Source of the DNA: Eledone cirrhosa
Taxonomy: Eukaryota
Length of the DNA stretch: 64,000 bases
Assembly (NCBI GenBank): GCA_964016885.1
Contig: OZ024742.1
Location: 338,334,001-338,398,000 of the forward strand
Reading direction: 5' to 3'
Shown here: positions 50,946 to 62,804 of the stretch, one piece after another
How positions within the stretch are numbered: position 1 is the first letter of the stretch
How the letters are laid out: each line of letters begins with the position of its first letter
Program-made: the position numbers and the translations under genes
Notes under the pieces: model-generated
What the model was told of the DNA's origin: nothing
Database searches by the model: none
The model's input: the letters and a program-made list of their open reading frames with translations, nothing else

Positions 50946-53259
50946 CAGTGCATCTTCGCTTATCCAGACAGTCAAAACCAAACAGTTAGAAAAAGATCCG
51001 GATAAGTGAATTCTAAAATCCCATTGTTACATAATGTTCGTGGTTTCTAATTTTTTGGCTTCTTTTAGTCAAAATAAAAGACAAATGCTAAGTAAAGAAA
51101 GTTTATTAGAATAACAAAAGAACAGCTAGAATTGATAAGAAAATTAATTAAACAAACATAAGAATAACTAAAAACTTGGCAAAACTGAATTGAGTCAAAC
51201 CATAAAAAGTTAGTACTTTTTAAAAAATGAATAAATAGAAGATTGTTTTCACGCCGAAGCTTGTCGTTCCGCTACCATTTCCCGCCAACATAAACATGTC
51301 GCAGTGCTAACCGGATCCGCCAGTCCCTCATACCTCAAGTATGTTAAAAATTGGTCTATATGATGATATGCTTCCGCATGCGTCACGGGGCGTTTCTTGA
51401 CAACTTTTTCGACTAAAACTTCCTCTTCTTCTTCGTCATCCCCCTTTCGACTTTCGTGTTCAACAATTCCGACGTCATCGAAATGTTCATACCCTAACCC
51501 GTCATTCTCAAACCATTCGATCAAATCTTCCGCCGAACTCTCACCAGCAATTTCTCTCCAACCCATTAAAAGCGCTTCGTCCGTAATTGGAATTTTTCGT
51601 AATTGTCCTTGTTCTCATCCGACATCAATTTTTTCCACGATCGATGCAAAGTTTCCTCAGTTATCGAGTCCCACGCAACAGCTGAACGGTCAACCATCTC
51701 CCTCATGTTTATCACTCGTAAAAATGGAATCATTCCCACGTCCCCTTTTCCGATCAAATCCCTCAGCAATTGTTTTCTGTAAATCCGCTTTAGTGTCTCC
51801 AAAACTCCCTGGTCCAATGGCTGAATAAGTGACGTAACTTTCGCCGGAAGAAATGCTGCCCGAATCTGTCCATCTGCCGAAATCAAGTCCTCCTCATCCG
51901 GATGCGCTGCACAATTGTCCAAAACAAGAATCGCTTTTGTCTTCACCCCCATCTTAGCCAAAGCAGAAGGGACAAACGGAACAAAAACTTTGTGAAACCA
52001 CTCGCCGAAGATTTCTAGAGTTTCCCAAGCATTCTTCGAGTTCCGATAGGTGACCGGCAAGTTCTCCATGTTGATTCCCGCAAAACATCTCGGCCGCTTC
52101 GCTTTTCCAATGAAGAGAAGGGGAGTTTGATTGTCCCGGAAGCATTCACCCAGGCGGAAATGGTTACCCGGTCTTTCGGTTTCTTCATTCCTTCGGGTCT
52201 TTTTCGAGGGCAGCAGCTAGTGTACGCGAAGGGAGAAGTCGGAAGCAAAGGCCCGTCTCGTCGGCGTTGAAAATTTGATCCAGAGTGTAGCCGGAAATTA
52301 TTGTTGGAAAATGTTGGACGTAATCTTCAGCTGCTTCTTTATTTGCGCTGACTTTTTCACCCGAGATGGCGAGATTCCGTATTCCATAATGGCGGCATAA
52401 CTTTGTTTGGTAGCCCGTGCTTGCAAGAAAGTCTTTTTCTGCGTCATGATAAAGCCGCCGGTAGAAGTCCGATGCCTATAAAAGAATGTATGAAAACTTG
52501 TTTATTTTCCAGATCTCATGAATATTTAGAGATTTAAACAAAACAGGGGACAGACAACATTGGACAGGCAGCTCATGCACTTTTCAAGTGTAGGGAAGGG
52601 CAGCTCATTAATATAAAACCGGTTTAAACAAGATGAGTAAATTACACTGTACACACCTTTTCCATTAAATAGGTCTGGAAACAGGAACACTTTTTTTCTC
52701 GAAGCTGCCGGAACCAAATGTACAATGCCTGGTCTAATTGCTCCGTAGTCAGACGTTTTCAGGCATTTCGCTTTCTTTTCCACTCCCTTCAAACCAATTT
52801 GCAATTTTTCCGATACAAATCCGTGTAGCTTGACTTCTGACCGGTTGATATCCAATATTGTAGACGTCCCGACATTGTATCTTTTCGCGAGTTCATTTGG
52901 CGTAGCTGTTTTCTTTTTCAATGCATCACATATAGAGAGCTTATCCGCGATAGTCAAAACAACTCGCGTTCGCTTTTCTCCAGCCATTATGTTTAACTGA
53001 GAGCCAAGTTAGTTTTCTTAGCTTTTAAATAGTCAATCAAATAAAAGAAATCAATACACACCACGTGTTAACTGCGTGTGACGGCTAGGCACAAGTAGCC
53101 AACCGGCACTAGGCGCGTTTTCTATAAACTTCATAAACCCTCAGATAAACATAAACCTTCATAAACAACCTTCAAATACACATTGTTTGTAGTACAGAAA
53201 TAGCTGTCCGGTAAATCGAATTTCGGAAAAGCGATATCCGGATAAGCGAAGATGCACTG
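50946..53259 (-). mobile_element. Full-length Tigger/pogo (Tc1/mariner superfamily) DNA transposon with frameshifted transposase
   Basis: TIRs cagtgcatcttcgcttatcc..ggataagcgaagatgcactg with TA on both sides. HTH KRTRVVLTIADKLSI; DDE-region motifs IFNADETG, LVLDNCAAH and IQPLDQGV between 52987 and 51249. Confidence 0.95.
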
Positions 53260-53710
53260 TATATTGAAAAATGGGAATATGGGGGGGGGGGGGGGGTTGT
53301 GATTTTGCGGGGCAAATGGTTTGAGAACCTGTTATTTAGATCTACATAAATTCTTATTTCTACCTATACATTCTTTCCTTTCTTCTATTCCCATTCATGT
53401 CTTCTTATTTCTAACACTAATCTGTTTTCTTTCTTGATAAATGTGATTATTTATTTTTAGTTTGTAGTTAAACATGTTACATAAAAGAACTTTTAGTTAA
53501 TTTAAAGAAAATGAGAGACCATTTCGTTGGTATCCCCAGGTCAGACTGTGTATATGTATTATATATGACATATTCCTATTTCTGACTTACTATGTGTATA
53601 TATTTCCAGTATCTTACTTACTATATATTTATTGTGTATATATTTCCAATATCAGTCATACTGTATATATATCCTATATTAGTCATACTGTCATATATAT
53701 TCCTATATCT

Positions 53711-54576
53711 GACTGGCAACTGAAGCTGGCTGTGGACAAGTGTACCACCATGCATTTTGGAAGGAAAAATCCAGCGTCCACATACTCCCTCCACAACACT
53801 GATATCAAGAAGTCCTCTTGTGAACGTGACCTGGGCATTACTGTCAGCAGCGATTTGCGTTGGACAAAGCATGTCTCTAAGATTGTCAGGAAGGCCGAGG
53901 GTGTCTTGGCATCACTCAGCAAGACCTATGTTAGCCGCTCTCCAGCCATCTATTTAAAGCTGTATACAGCTATGGTACGACCACACTTGGAATTCACATC
54001 ATCAGTCTAGAATCCCTATCTTGCTCAGAACATTGACCTCCTGGAAACTGTTCAGAGACGTGCAACCAAGCGCATACCCTCCATCAGACACCTACCATAC
54101 TCTGAACGCCTTGCTTCCCTGGGCATGGATTCATTTAAGCTCCAATGTCTGGCAATGGACTTGGTAAACACCCACAAAGTTATTAACCATCTTGCCAACA
54201 AAAACCCTGGCACCTTTTTGATCTCCATGTGTCTAACACACGTGGACATGCCTACAAAGTCAGAAAACAGCACAGCTTCCATGACTTTCGGAAACATTTT
54301 TTCACACTTAGAGTTGCTGAAGCATGGAACAAACTGCCTGCGTCAGTTGTTAGCTGCCGAGACACTGCATCCTTTAAAACCCTCATGCTTCCCAAAATTC
54401 GCCAAAACTAAACCTGATGTACCCCTTCTATACACATGCACACATGTGTATATCATGACTTATGCACTGTTCATTTTCCTGACGTTTGTGCATTACCCTA
54501 TTCACTATACATACACGTTTTGATGAGTTGTAGTGCACCTGAGCACTGTACACAATATTTCATTATTATTATTATT
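53711..54576 (+). mobile_element. 5'-truncated CR1-like LINE
   Basis: Same family as 13540-14385. VRPHLEF and FRKHFFTLRVAEAWNKLP motifs, (ATT)n tail and gact microhomology at the 5' junction. Confidence 0.9.
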
Positions 54577-54580
54577 ATAT

Positions 54581-54835
54581 ATTACCAATATCAGTCATAC
54601 TGTATATATATCCTATATTAGTCATACTGTCATATATATTCTTATATCTGACTTACTATGTATATATTACCAATATCAGTCATACTGTATATATATCCTA
54701 TATTAGTCATACTGTCATATATATTCCTATATCTGACTTATTATGTATATATTACCAATATCAGTCATACTGTATATATATCCTATATCAGTCATACTGT
54801 CATATATATTCCTATATCTGACTTATTATGTATAT
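54581..54835 (+). repeat. 85-bp tandem repeat x3
   Basis: attaccaatatcagtcatactg... at 54581, 54666 and 54751. A partial copy lies before the CR1 (53640-53714). Single copy in unit C. Confidence 0.9.
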
Positions 54836-55073
54836 ATTACCATGACTGTAGTCAAGACACTTTTCTCTAATGACTTATAATATGTCAACAGTGAAAATAT
54901 CCAATATTTTATTCTCTCTTTATATATTTCAGATTATCTGAAACTGTTTCTTTACAACTGAAACATCTTCAGACTTTCACAAAGATAACAGTTGAAGAAA
55001 ATATAGTCTTGAAAATATTTCGTAAAAAATTCAAGAAGAAAAGTAATTTTCTGTTTTGTAAAGAATATTTGAA

Positions 55074-56855
55074 ATGATGGAGATAAAAGCATACCATTGT
55101 GTTACGTGTGGTCAATCTTTCCATTCTAATTCTTCTTTACGAAGCCATAAACATATTCACACTGGTAGAAGACAATTTCGTTGTGATATCTGTGGTAAAA
55201 TATGCCCTAGTAATTCTTCTTTAACTATACACAAACGTAGTCACACTGGAGAAAAACCATACCATTGTGAGATCTGTGAAAAAACCTTCTATGATAATTC
55301 TTCTTTAACTATGCACAAACGTATTCACACTGGAGAAAAACCATACCATTGTGAAATCTGTGGTAAAGCTTTCTCTTGGAGAAATAGTTTATTACCTCAT
55401 TCTCGTAGTCACACAGGAGAAAAACCATACCATTGTGATATCTGTGGTAAAACATTTTGCGTTAAATATTATATAACTACACACAAACGTATTCATACAG
55501 GAGAGAAACCATACCACTGTGATATCTGTGGTAAAACATTTTCCGTTAAATATTATTTAACTACACACAAACGTATTCACACTGGAGAAAAACCATACTC
55601 TTGTGAATTCTGTGGTAAAGCTTTCTCTCTGAAAAGAAGTTTATTAACTCATTCTCGTATTCACACTGGTGAAAAACCATACAAATGTGATACATGTGGT
55701 AAGTGTTTTGCACTGAGTCGGTATTTATTTAACCACAAACTTATACATACAGGAGAGAAGCCATACCACTGTAATATTTGTGGTAAGACATTCCGTCTAA
55801 ATAGACAGTTATCACTACACAAACGTATCCACACAGGCGAGAAGCCACACCACTGTGATATTTGTGGTAAAGCCTTCAGACTTTCTGGTCATTTAACTCT
55901 ACACAAACGTACTCACACTGGAGAGAAACCATTTCGTTGTGATATCTGTGGGAAGTCATCCACAAATAGTTCTGATTTAGCCAAACACAAACTTGTTCAT
56001 ACTGGAGATAAACCATATCCTTGTGATATCTGTGGTAAAAACTTTTCTAGTAATGGTGATTTAACCGCACACAAACGTATTCACACAGGAGAGAAGCCAT
56101 ACCATTGTGATATCTGTGGTAAAACATTCACTCACTCGAGTTCTGTTTCATCTCATAAACGTATTCATACTGGACAAAGACGATATCCTTGCAATATCTG
56201 TGGTAAAATATTAACAACTGGTAATTCTTTATCTAACCACCAAAATATTCACACAGGAGAGAAGCCACACCAATGCATTATCTGTGGTAAAGCATTTTCT
56301 CAGAAGTGTAATTTATTGAGGCATAAACGTCTTCACACAGGAGAAAAACCACATCACTGTGATATCTGTAGTAAGACCTTCTCTGATAGTGGTTCGTTAA
56401 AAATACACACCCGTTCTCACACAGGTGAGAAGCCATGCCGGTGTGATATCTGTGGTAAATCATTCTTTCAAAACAGTCATTTGTTGAACCATAAACGTAT
56501 TCACACAGGAGAGAAACCATATCACTGTGATATCTGTGGTAAATCATTCTCAACTATTGGTTCTTTAGCCCAACACAAAACTATTCATATTGGAGATAAA
56601 CCATACCCTTGTGATATCTGTGGTAAATACTATTCTACTAATATTATTTTAACTAGACACAAACTTATTCACACAGGAGAGAAGCCATATCATTGTGTTA
56701 TATGTGGTAAAACGTTCTGTGACCCGAGTTCTCTTTCATCTCATAAACATACTCATACTGGACATACTAGAGAAAAACATCATTGTAATATCTGTGGTAA
56801 AACATTCACAGCTAGTCATACTTTATCTGAACACAAAACTATTCACACAGGGTAG
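55074..56855 (+). CDS. C2H2 zinc-finger protein ZNF4, 21 fingers
   Basis: 593-aa ORF collinear with ZNF1, ending ggg TAG aag. Confidence 0.93.
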   Translation: MMEIKAYHCVTCGQSFHSNSSLRSHKHIHTGRRQFRCDICGKICPSNSSLTIHKRSHTGEKPYHCEICEKTFYDNSSLTMHKRIHTGEKPYHCEICGKAFSWRNSLLPHSRSHTGEKPYHCDICGKTFCVKYYITTHKRIHTGEKPYHCDICGKTFSVKYYLTTHKRIHTGEKPYSCEFCGKAFSLKRSLLTHSRIHTGEKPYKCDTCGKCFALSRYLFNHKLIHTGEKPYHCNICGKTFRLNRQLSLHKRIHTGEKPHHCDICGKAFRLSGHLTLHKRTHTGEKPFRCDICGKSSTNSSDLAKHKLVHTGDKPYPCDICGKNFSSNGDLTAHKRIHTGEKPYHCDICGKTFTHSSSVSSHKRIHTGQRRYPCNICGKILTTGNSLSNHQNIHTGEKPHQCIICGKAFSQKCNLLRHKRLHTGEKPHHCDICSKTFSDSGSLKIHTRSHTGEKPCRCDICGKSFFQNSHLLNHKRIHTGEKPYHCDICGKSFSTIGSLAQHKTIHIGDKPYPCDICGKYYSTNIILTRHKLIHTGEKPYHCVICGKTFCDPSSLSSHKHTHTGHTREKHHCNICGKTFTASHTLSEHKTIHTG

Positions 56856-57718
56856 AAGCCACACCAATGTGATATCTGTGGTAAAGTATTTTCTTGAAAC
56901 AGTAGTTTGTCGACACATGGCTTAGTGGTTAGAGCATTGGCCTTGCAATCGAAAGGTTGTGAGTTCAATTCTCTGACCGGGTGATGTGTTGTTTCCTTGA
57001 GCAAGACACTTTATTTCACATTGCTCCAGTTTACTCAGCTGTAGAAATGAGATGATAGGGACTGGGGTCCCTATCATTCCACTGCAAAGTGGTCGTGGAG
57101 GTGCCACGGCAAAAAAGCACCCAGCACTCACTGTAAATGAGGTTGGTGTTAGGAAGGGCATCCAGCTGTAGAAATCAAGCCAGAATCAGTTCCCGTCCCA
57201 CCCTTGCAAGCAGGGAAAAAGCGGACGTAAAATGAAATGATGATGATGATAAACGTCTTCACACAGGAAAGAAACCATATCATTGTGACTTCTGTTGTAA
57301 GACCTTTTGTAGCATTTTGATACAACACATCCGTTCTTACACAGGAGAGAAACCATACCAGTGTGATATCTGTGGTAAATCATTTTCTCAAAGTAGTGAT
57401 TTATTGAACCATAAACGTATTCACACAGGAGAGAAACCATATCACTGTGATATCTGTGGTAAGTCATTCTCGTATAGTTCTTCTTTAGCCAAACACAAAC
57501 CTATTCATACTGGGGATAAACCATACCCTTGTGATATCTGTGGTAAAACATTCACTCACCTGAGTACTCTTTCATCTCATAAACATATTCATGCTGGACA
57601 CACTGAAGGAAGACGATATCATTGTAATATCTGTGATAAATCATTCTCTCAAAATCGTCATTTATTAAACCATAAACGTATTCACAAATGTAATAAATCT
57701 AAAAAGACACTGAACTGA
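56856..57718 (+). pseudogene. Decayed tail of ZNF4, interrupted by a SINE
   Basis: An extra TGA at about 56895, the SINE insertion and a small deletion at about 57305, followed by four recognisable fingers to KKTLN*. Confidence 0.88.
56918..57250 (+). mobile_element. tRNA-derived CORE-type SINE with RTE-derived tail
   Basis: A box TGGCTTAGTGG, B box GAGTTCAATTC, CORE-like tccttgagcaagacactt and tail ggttggtgttaggaagggcatccagc...ggacgtaaaatga..(tga)n. Splits cacat|aaacgtcttcac. Confidence 0.92.
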
Positions 57719-58102
57719 GAGGAATAAAGTGAACACACTCCAAACTCTGTCACAGACATGTTTTCTCTTCTCTCTGCTTTTTCTACCACAACTCCAGTGG
57801 CCTCTGTTCCTCATAGGTGGCTACTTTTGTAACAACTCTACTGAAGTTCTAACGTACTTAAGTCATATGTCACTTCCGATACTGCCTGCCATCACTACCT
57901 ACTTACACTGTATAATCAACATCATTTTCCATTGACTGTTCTATGCTGGCATGGGATGGATGGGACATTTTGAGGCAATGTTTCACAGCTACCAATCTTT
58001 CAGTCACTTCCTATGGCATGCGGGTATATGGACTACATATTCTAAACTGGATACACTAATTTTGTCACTGTTGTGCAATGGTTTTTTAATTATTTTGAAT
58101 AA

Positions 58103-58730
58103 AAACCACCTGATCGCCTATAGATCCAGGGAACATTCTAGTCAGATAGATTTTATCCTTACCAGAGGACGTGATAAATGAATGGTTGTAAACATGAAAG
58201 CCTTCCCCGGTGAAGAATGTGCCTCCCAACAGAATCTAGTAGTCAACGACCTCATTGTTAGAGCTAGACAAACTTGGAAACAGAAGACAACATGGAGAAG
58301 AAAGGTCTGGAAGCTGAAAAGCCATACCACGTGTATTGTAAATGAAGAAATACTAGATGGCGTTGTACTGAATGATAGGTGCTAATGAACCAGGTTTTGA
58401 AAGTAATAGAGAGTTATAGCACAACCGATTAGGGACCGGGTAAATCTAGACGAGATGCAATTTGGATTTGTACCAGGCAAAAGCATCACAGATGCTCTCT
58501 GCTTTGTGAGGCAGTTACAGGATAAGTACCAAACTAAAAGTAAGCCGCTCTACCTGGCATTTGTTGACCTGGAAAAAGCATTCGACGGAGTGCCCTGTGC
58601 CATAATCTGGTGGGCCCTTAGAAAACTAGTAGTAGATGAGTTGCTTGTGAAGGCAGTACAAACCATGTATAGGGGAGCAGTTAGCAAAGTTAGGATTAAC
58701 ACTGAGTTTAGTGAGGAATTTAGCGTACAG
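58103..58730 (+). mobile_element. Older RTE remnant downstream of ZNF4
   Basis: Paralog of the 7388 block (MQFGFVPGKSITDAL, LAFVDLEKAFD). The 3' part is deleted. Confidence 0.9.
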
Positions 58731-60139
58731 TGTTTTATTGGCTACCAAGATAATACAGATTATGGTTGGCTACCAATTTGAAATAATACACAGAAATGTA
58801 TTGATGTCAAGTGAGATCTGATGGGCAAATACATTTAATGGATGGCTTCTTGACGTAAAAGTTGTTATAGCTGATGAATGGTAAATCATTAAATAGTGAT
58901 GTTTGAATATCAAGCAAGCCAAATTTGCAAACTACAATTTCGAAAACATACCAAAAAATCCAAATATGGTCCTTGTAGTGGATAGATGTATTCTTTTCAG
59001 GATGAATGATAAAACGAATGATGCCAGAATTGTGATGTTGACAATGTTTATTTTACAATAACAAAATTCGCTTGTTGGTACATTGAATATCAAGTAATAA
59101 AATTGTGACATCAATTATCACTACATTATTTTCTTACTAAGTACTTCGAGCTAGCGTGTATCAATAAAACGATACAATACAAGTGAAATGACAGGAAGCC
59201 GAAAGGATAGATAAATTGTAGTAGTGAAATATATAATTGTTTCTACGTTTGGCACAAGGCCAGCAATTACCCAGAGCATTACTGGTACTTTATTTTATCG
59301 GGGAACTCCCAACATTAGGTGGTTTTAGAGGTGAGAACTCTCAGATTTGGTGTCGAATCTTCGCCAGGTAAAATATAGGAGCATTCCGTTACAGTCCAAG
59401 TATACAGAAAAGTCAAATTGTACCAACTTTGGCAGCACTGCTTGACAGGCTACAGTTGTAGCCGTAGGTCAATTCTAATCCAGTAGTTTTATAACAAACA
59501 TAATCAGTTGAATGACTACATTTGTTCCTCTTATACAGTGACTCTATTTAGTCTGTGATGCAGCATAGCAGTCTGTGCATGTACCTTTTTCACTGTCCAG
59601 TATATTTCCTAAACAGTTAACTACTTATGTTGTACCCCCTATGAGACTAGAGAAGCTGTCTTACATGGCTGTGTTTGTAAGGCTGCGTCTTTAGTTTGCT
59701 GTCTTTTGTAAATAGATCATGGCAACATGAAGGAAAATGATAGCTTCATTTTTTGAATACTTTTCTTATTGAAATGTAGAATATAAATTAAGAGAAAAAT
59801 ACTTCAATTACTGAAATGAAACTTAAACTTCAGAATAATCAATAGAGTTAAAGTGTGTATGGGGTGAGGTGAAGGAAGATGTAGAGAAATAGTTGAAAGA
59901 TTATATTAGAAGTAAGTGATTCAATATGTCTTGCCATTAAGACTTGATTGAAGTTTTGATTCAAGTGGAGTTGACCTAGGTAAAGTGGGTTTAGCGTGTT
60001 TGATAAGTTCTTGGCAAAACAATTCATACCGACTCAAATTTGATATTGACAAAAAGAAAAAAACAATTGAAGGTATCTATTGAATTTAAAAAAATAGTTA
60101 TTTGTCAATCTGAGTTACAAAACCTTGTTTAAATCATCA

Positions 60140-61384
60140 TTTGTCCAAGGTGGTTCAACTAGTCATGTTCCGAATAATCAACTGAGCAATGCTGCAAATG
60201 TATGTTTGCAGTTTCTTCATGTGATCCTTTCTCCTCCAAAGAGTACACAGCAGCCTGGATCAAGTTAGAGGTTGGCATAAGAATGGGCAATCTCGCTTAC
60301 ACTGTGTTGGCAATGGAGGTCATCCTGAAGGTAGCAATGTGTTGGTCAGGTACAGCAGTGCTTGGAGAGGTATTTTGAATAGATCCTCTAAAAGCCTTCA
60401 TGAACGACACTACAGTCCTTGCCACAAAGGAAGATGAAACACGTAGGGTATTGGAACAGTTGACTAAGGTAGTTGAATCTTCCAGAATGAGGTTGAAACA
60501 AAAAAAATCCCTTACAATCAAAGAAATAATTGTTTCTACTTTAGGCACAAGGCCAGCAAATTACCCAGTGCATTACTGGTACTTTATTTTATCGACCCCG
60601 TCAGGATGAAAGGCAAAGTCAACCTCAGCGGGATTTGAACTCAGATCGTAAAGGGACGTAACTCAAAGAAATAATGAGAAGCACTCAGGCCAATAGGCAA
60701 GGACTGGCTGTATAAAAGTGGAATGGTCGTTAAAGGTCAGTGGACAGATGAGGAGAAGTCTAATTTTAGAGGTGAAGAAAATAGAGAATTCCAGACGACA
60801 GTACAGCAGAGCCAACACGGGCTGGATGGTTTGTGGCATAAGGCATCTCTGAGAATCATTTCGAATCATTTGCCAGGGTAGACAGACGGTGGCACACATT
60901 CTGAGCTCATGCAGAGTAGTACTAGCCCAAGGTAGATGCATGTGGAGATACAATTAAGTAGTTAAGGAAATCGTACATGTCATAAGTACAACAAAAACAA
61001 AACCCATCGTACGAGAATCTCCAACATCATTCTATATGGCAGGAGGCAGCAAATGAAGGCTAGGAACAGCTAAACCATACAGGGTACAAGAATCGAGTTT
61101 TCTGAATTGTACGTATGACTGGCTGGATGTGTACATCAGGCCTCCTAGGGTCAGCAAAGCAAACAGAAATCATCAGAAAGAATGGTTTGAGGCCGGATAT
61201 CATATTCCATTTAAATTCATCAAAACAGCTGATTGTGATTGAACTGACCATGTCATTTAAAAGTAGAATAGAAGAAGCACATATGTTCAAGACCGAAGGA
61301 TACGCCAGTTTGGTCAACAGACTGAGAAATGCCTACTTCCGAGTCAGGATGAGGAGGATCAAAAGCGGCCTCCATCCCGTTTGA
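60140..61384 (+). mobile_element. HERO-like RLE LINE remnant, copy E
   Basis: Same motifs as copy A, interrupted by a SINE. Confidence 0.8.
60531..60662 (-). mobile_element. 5'-truncated SINE with 13-bp TSD
   Basis: tcaaagaaataat at 60518-60530 and 60663-60675; the empty site is at about 433-445. Minus-strand B box gagttcaaatccc. A related 3' piece lies at 59238-59300. Confidence 0.85.
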
Positions 61385-62004
61385 GGGCACAGTGGTTGTA
61401 TTTTACACAGACTAGGTGAAATAACTGAGTCTTGTAGTGGTGGCGGAGGCGGTGATACTGTTGACTCTCCGCCACCATGATTACCACCGTTACTTTTCCA
61501 AAATCAAGAAAACGTTTAAACATAAGTTTGAAATCGGAAGCAACGGAGAGGAGAACCAGCTAGATCCTGTTAACAAAATCACAATGCTGTTTAAATACAC
61601 AGAAGGTCTTCGCTACCAGAATGGCTAAATGCCAACATAAGGGTACCCAGGAGCCATGACTTGGATGCAGTCTGGACCTTCTAGAGCGTAAGAAGTTAAG
61701 GGCAGAAACTCATGCTCATGGGGTCTGTGAAGACCTGCTCTCCTAAGAGTTTCTTACCACCACCCAGACCCTTCAACCGACCGCCATTTACATAATTCTC
61801 TGCCTTACATCTTCACATGTCCGACTCTCGTTTCTGGGTACACCAAACTATCCTTTTCTCTCACTACATTTTGCAATTACCTTTTTTCTCTCTCTCACTT
61901 TTCCACCCTTACATTTCATACACGATTCTCCTTTCTTATTACTTCACACTTTCTCTCTTTCTCCTTTTTCTCCCTCACCTTATTTACTGCGGAATTATAT
62001 GTTT

Positions 62005-62212
62005 ATTTACTTCCGCCGGCCATTACATTTCCTTAAATCTCAGTCAAAATATTTTGGTCTGAAATTTTACATCTTTTCCCTTCTCACCTTTCTGATATAA
62101 AGTATCTTTATCTGAAATATATTATCTGTCCCACACGGAACATATGAGATTAACAATAGAGAAATATTTGAATTGAAAAACTATCGGAGGAACATACGAA
62201 GAAGAGGTTAGT
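62005..62212 (+). promoter_or_regulatory. Candidate distal promoter and first exon, unit E
   Basis: ACTTCCG at 62009 and donor variant GAG|GTTAGT at 62207. Confidence 0.4.
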
Positions 62213-62804
62213 AATTTTGAAAGAAGTTGTTTGTGAAATTTTATTAATAAACGTGAATTGTTGGTGATATTCTGTGTAACTTACAACATATAAATATATA
62301 CGAATAAATAATCTACAAAGGATCAACGTGACAACATCTGCTTCATTAACAAAATTACATTTGTTCCACCTCGACTCTATTATATCAACATTGGCCGCCA
62401 ATTATGTTATCAAACCAACTCCTTTCTCTTCCCAATTGTCTCCTACTGAAATCGGTGGGGTTATCTTAATATAGATCTACCCTATATCATTCTAAAATAA
62501 CAGGAATTATCGGCACACTATTTTTTTAGCCTGTCACGTTTTAATTTAATTTGGTGAGCTAGTCCTCTGACTTCGAGGTTCTTGTCACTGTTAGTGGCTC
62601 ACCTTATTTAATGTATTAAGTGATGTTCACGAAGGTGCCCGGTTATTCTAGCGGCAATACTCCTGTTTTGTTGACTTGCCTGAAAAGTTATTAGAGGGAA
62701 AATTCCAGTCCCTTTGGGGCTGTGTGATTGAGTGCCCTAACCACCCGCCCCTTTATATATTTATACATAAGAATTTGACACGGTTCAGTTTATGCAAACA
62801 AGGA

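Larger units (their letters stand above)
45615..59894 (+). repeat. Unit D (partial duplication starting inside the scaffold)
   Basis: 45615-45905 copies 38857-39150, and 50385-50750 copies 40635-41025. Confidence 0.88.

Noticed and set aside
51249-52987. Domesticated TIGD/CENP-B-like host gene
   Set aside because: It retains TIRs and TA duplication, has several frameshifts and is absent from the paralogous units.
56918-56985. tRNA gene
   Set aside because: The A and B boxes belong to a SINE head. No complete acceptor stem; it continues into CORE and LINE-tail sequence.
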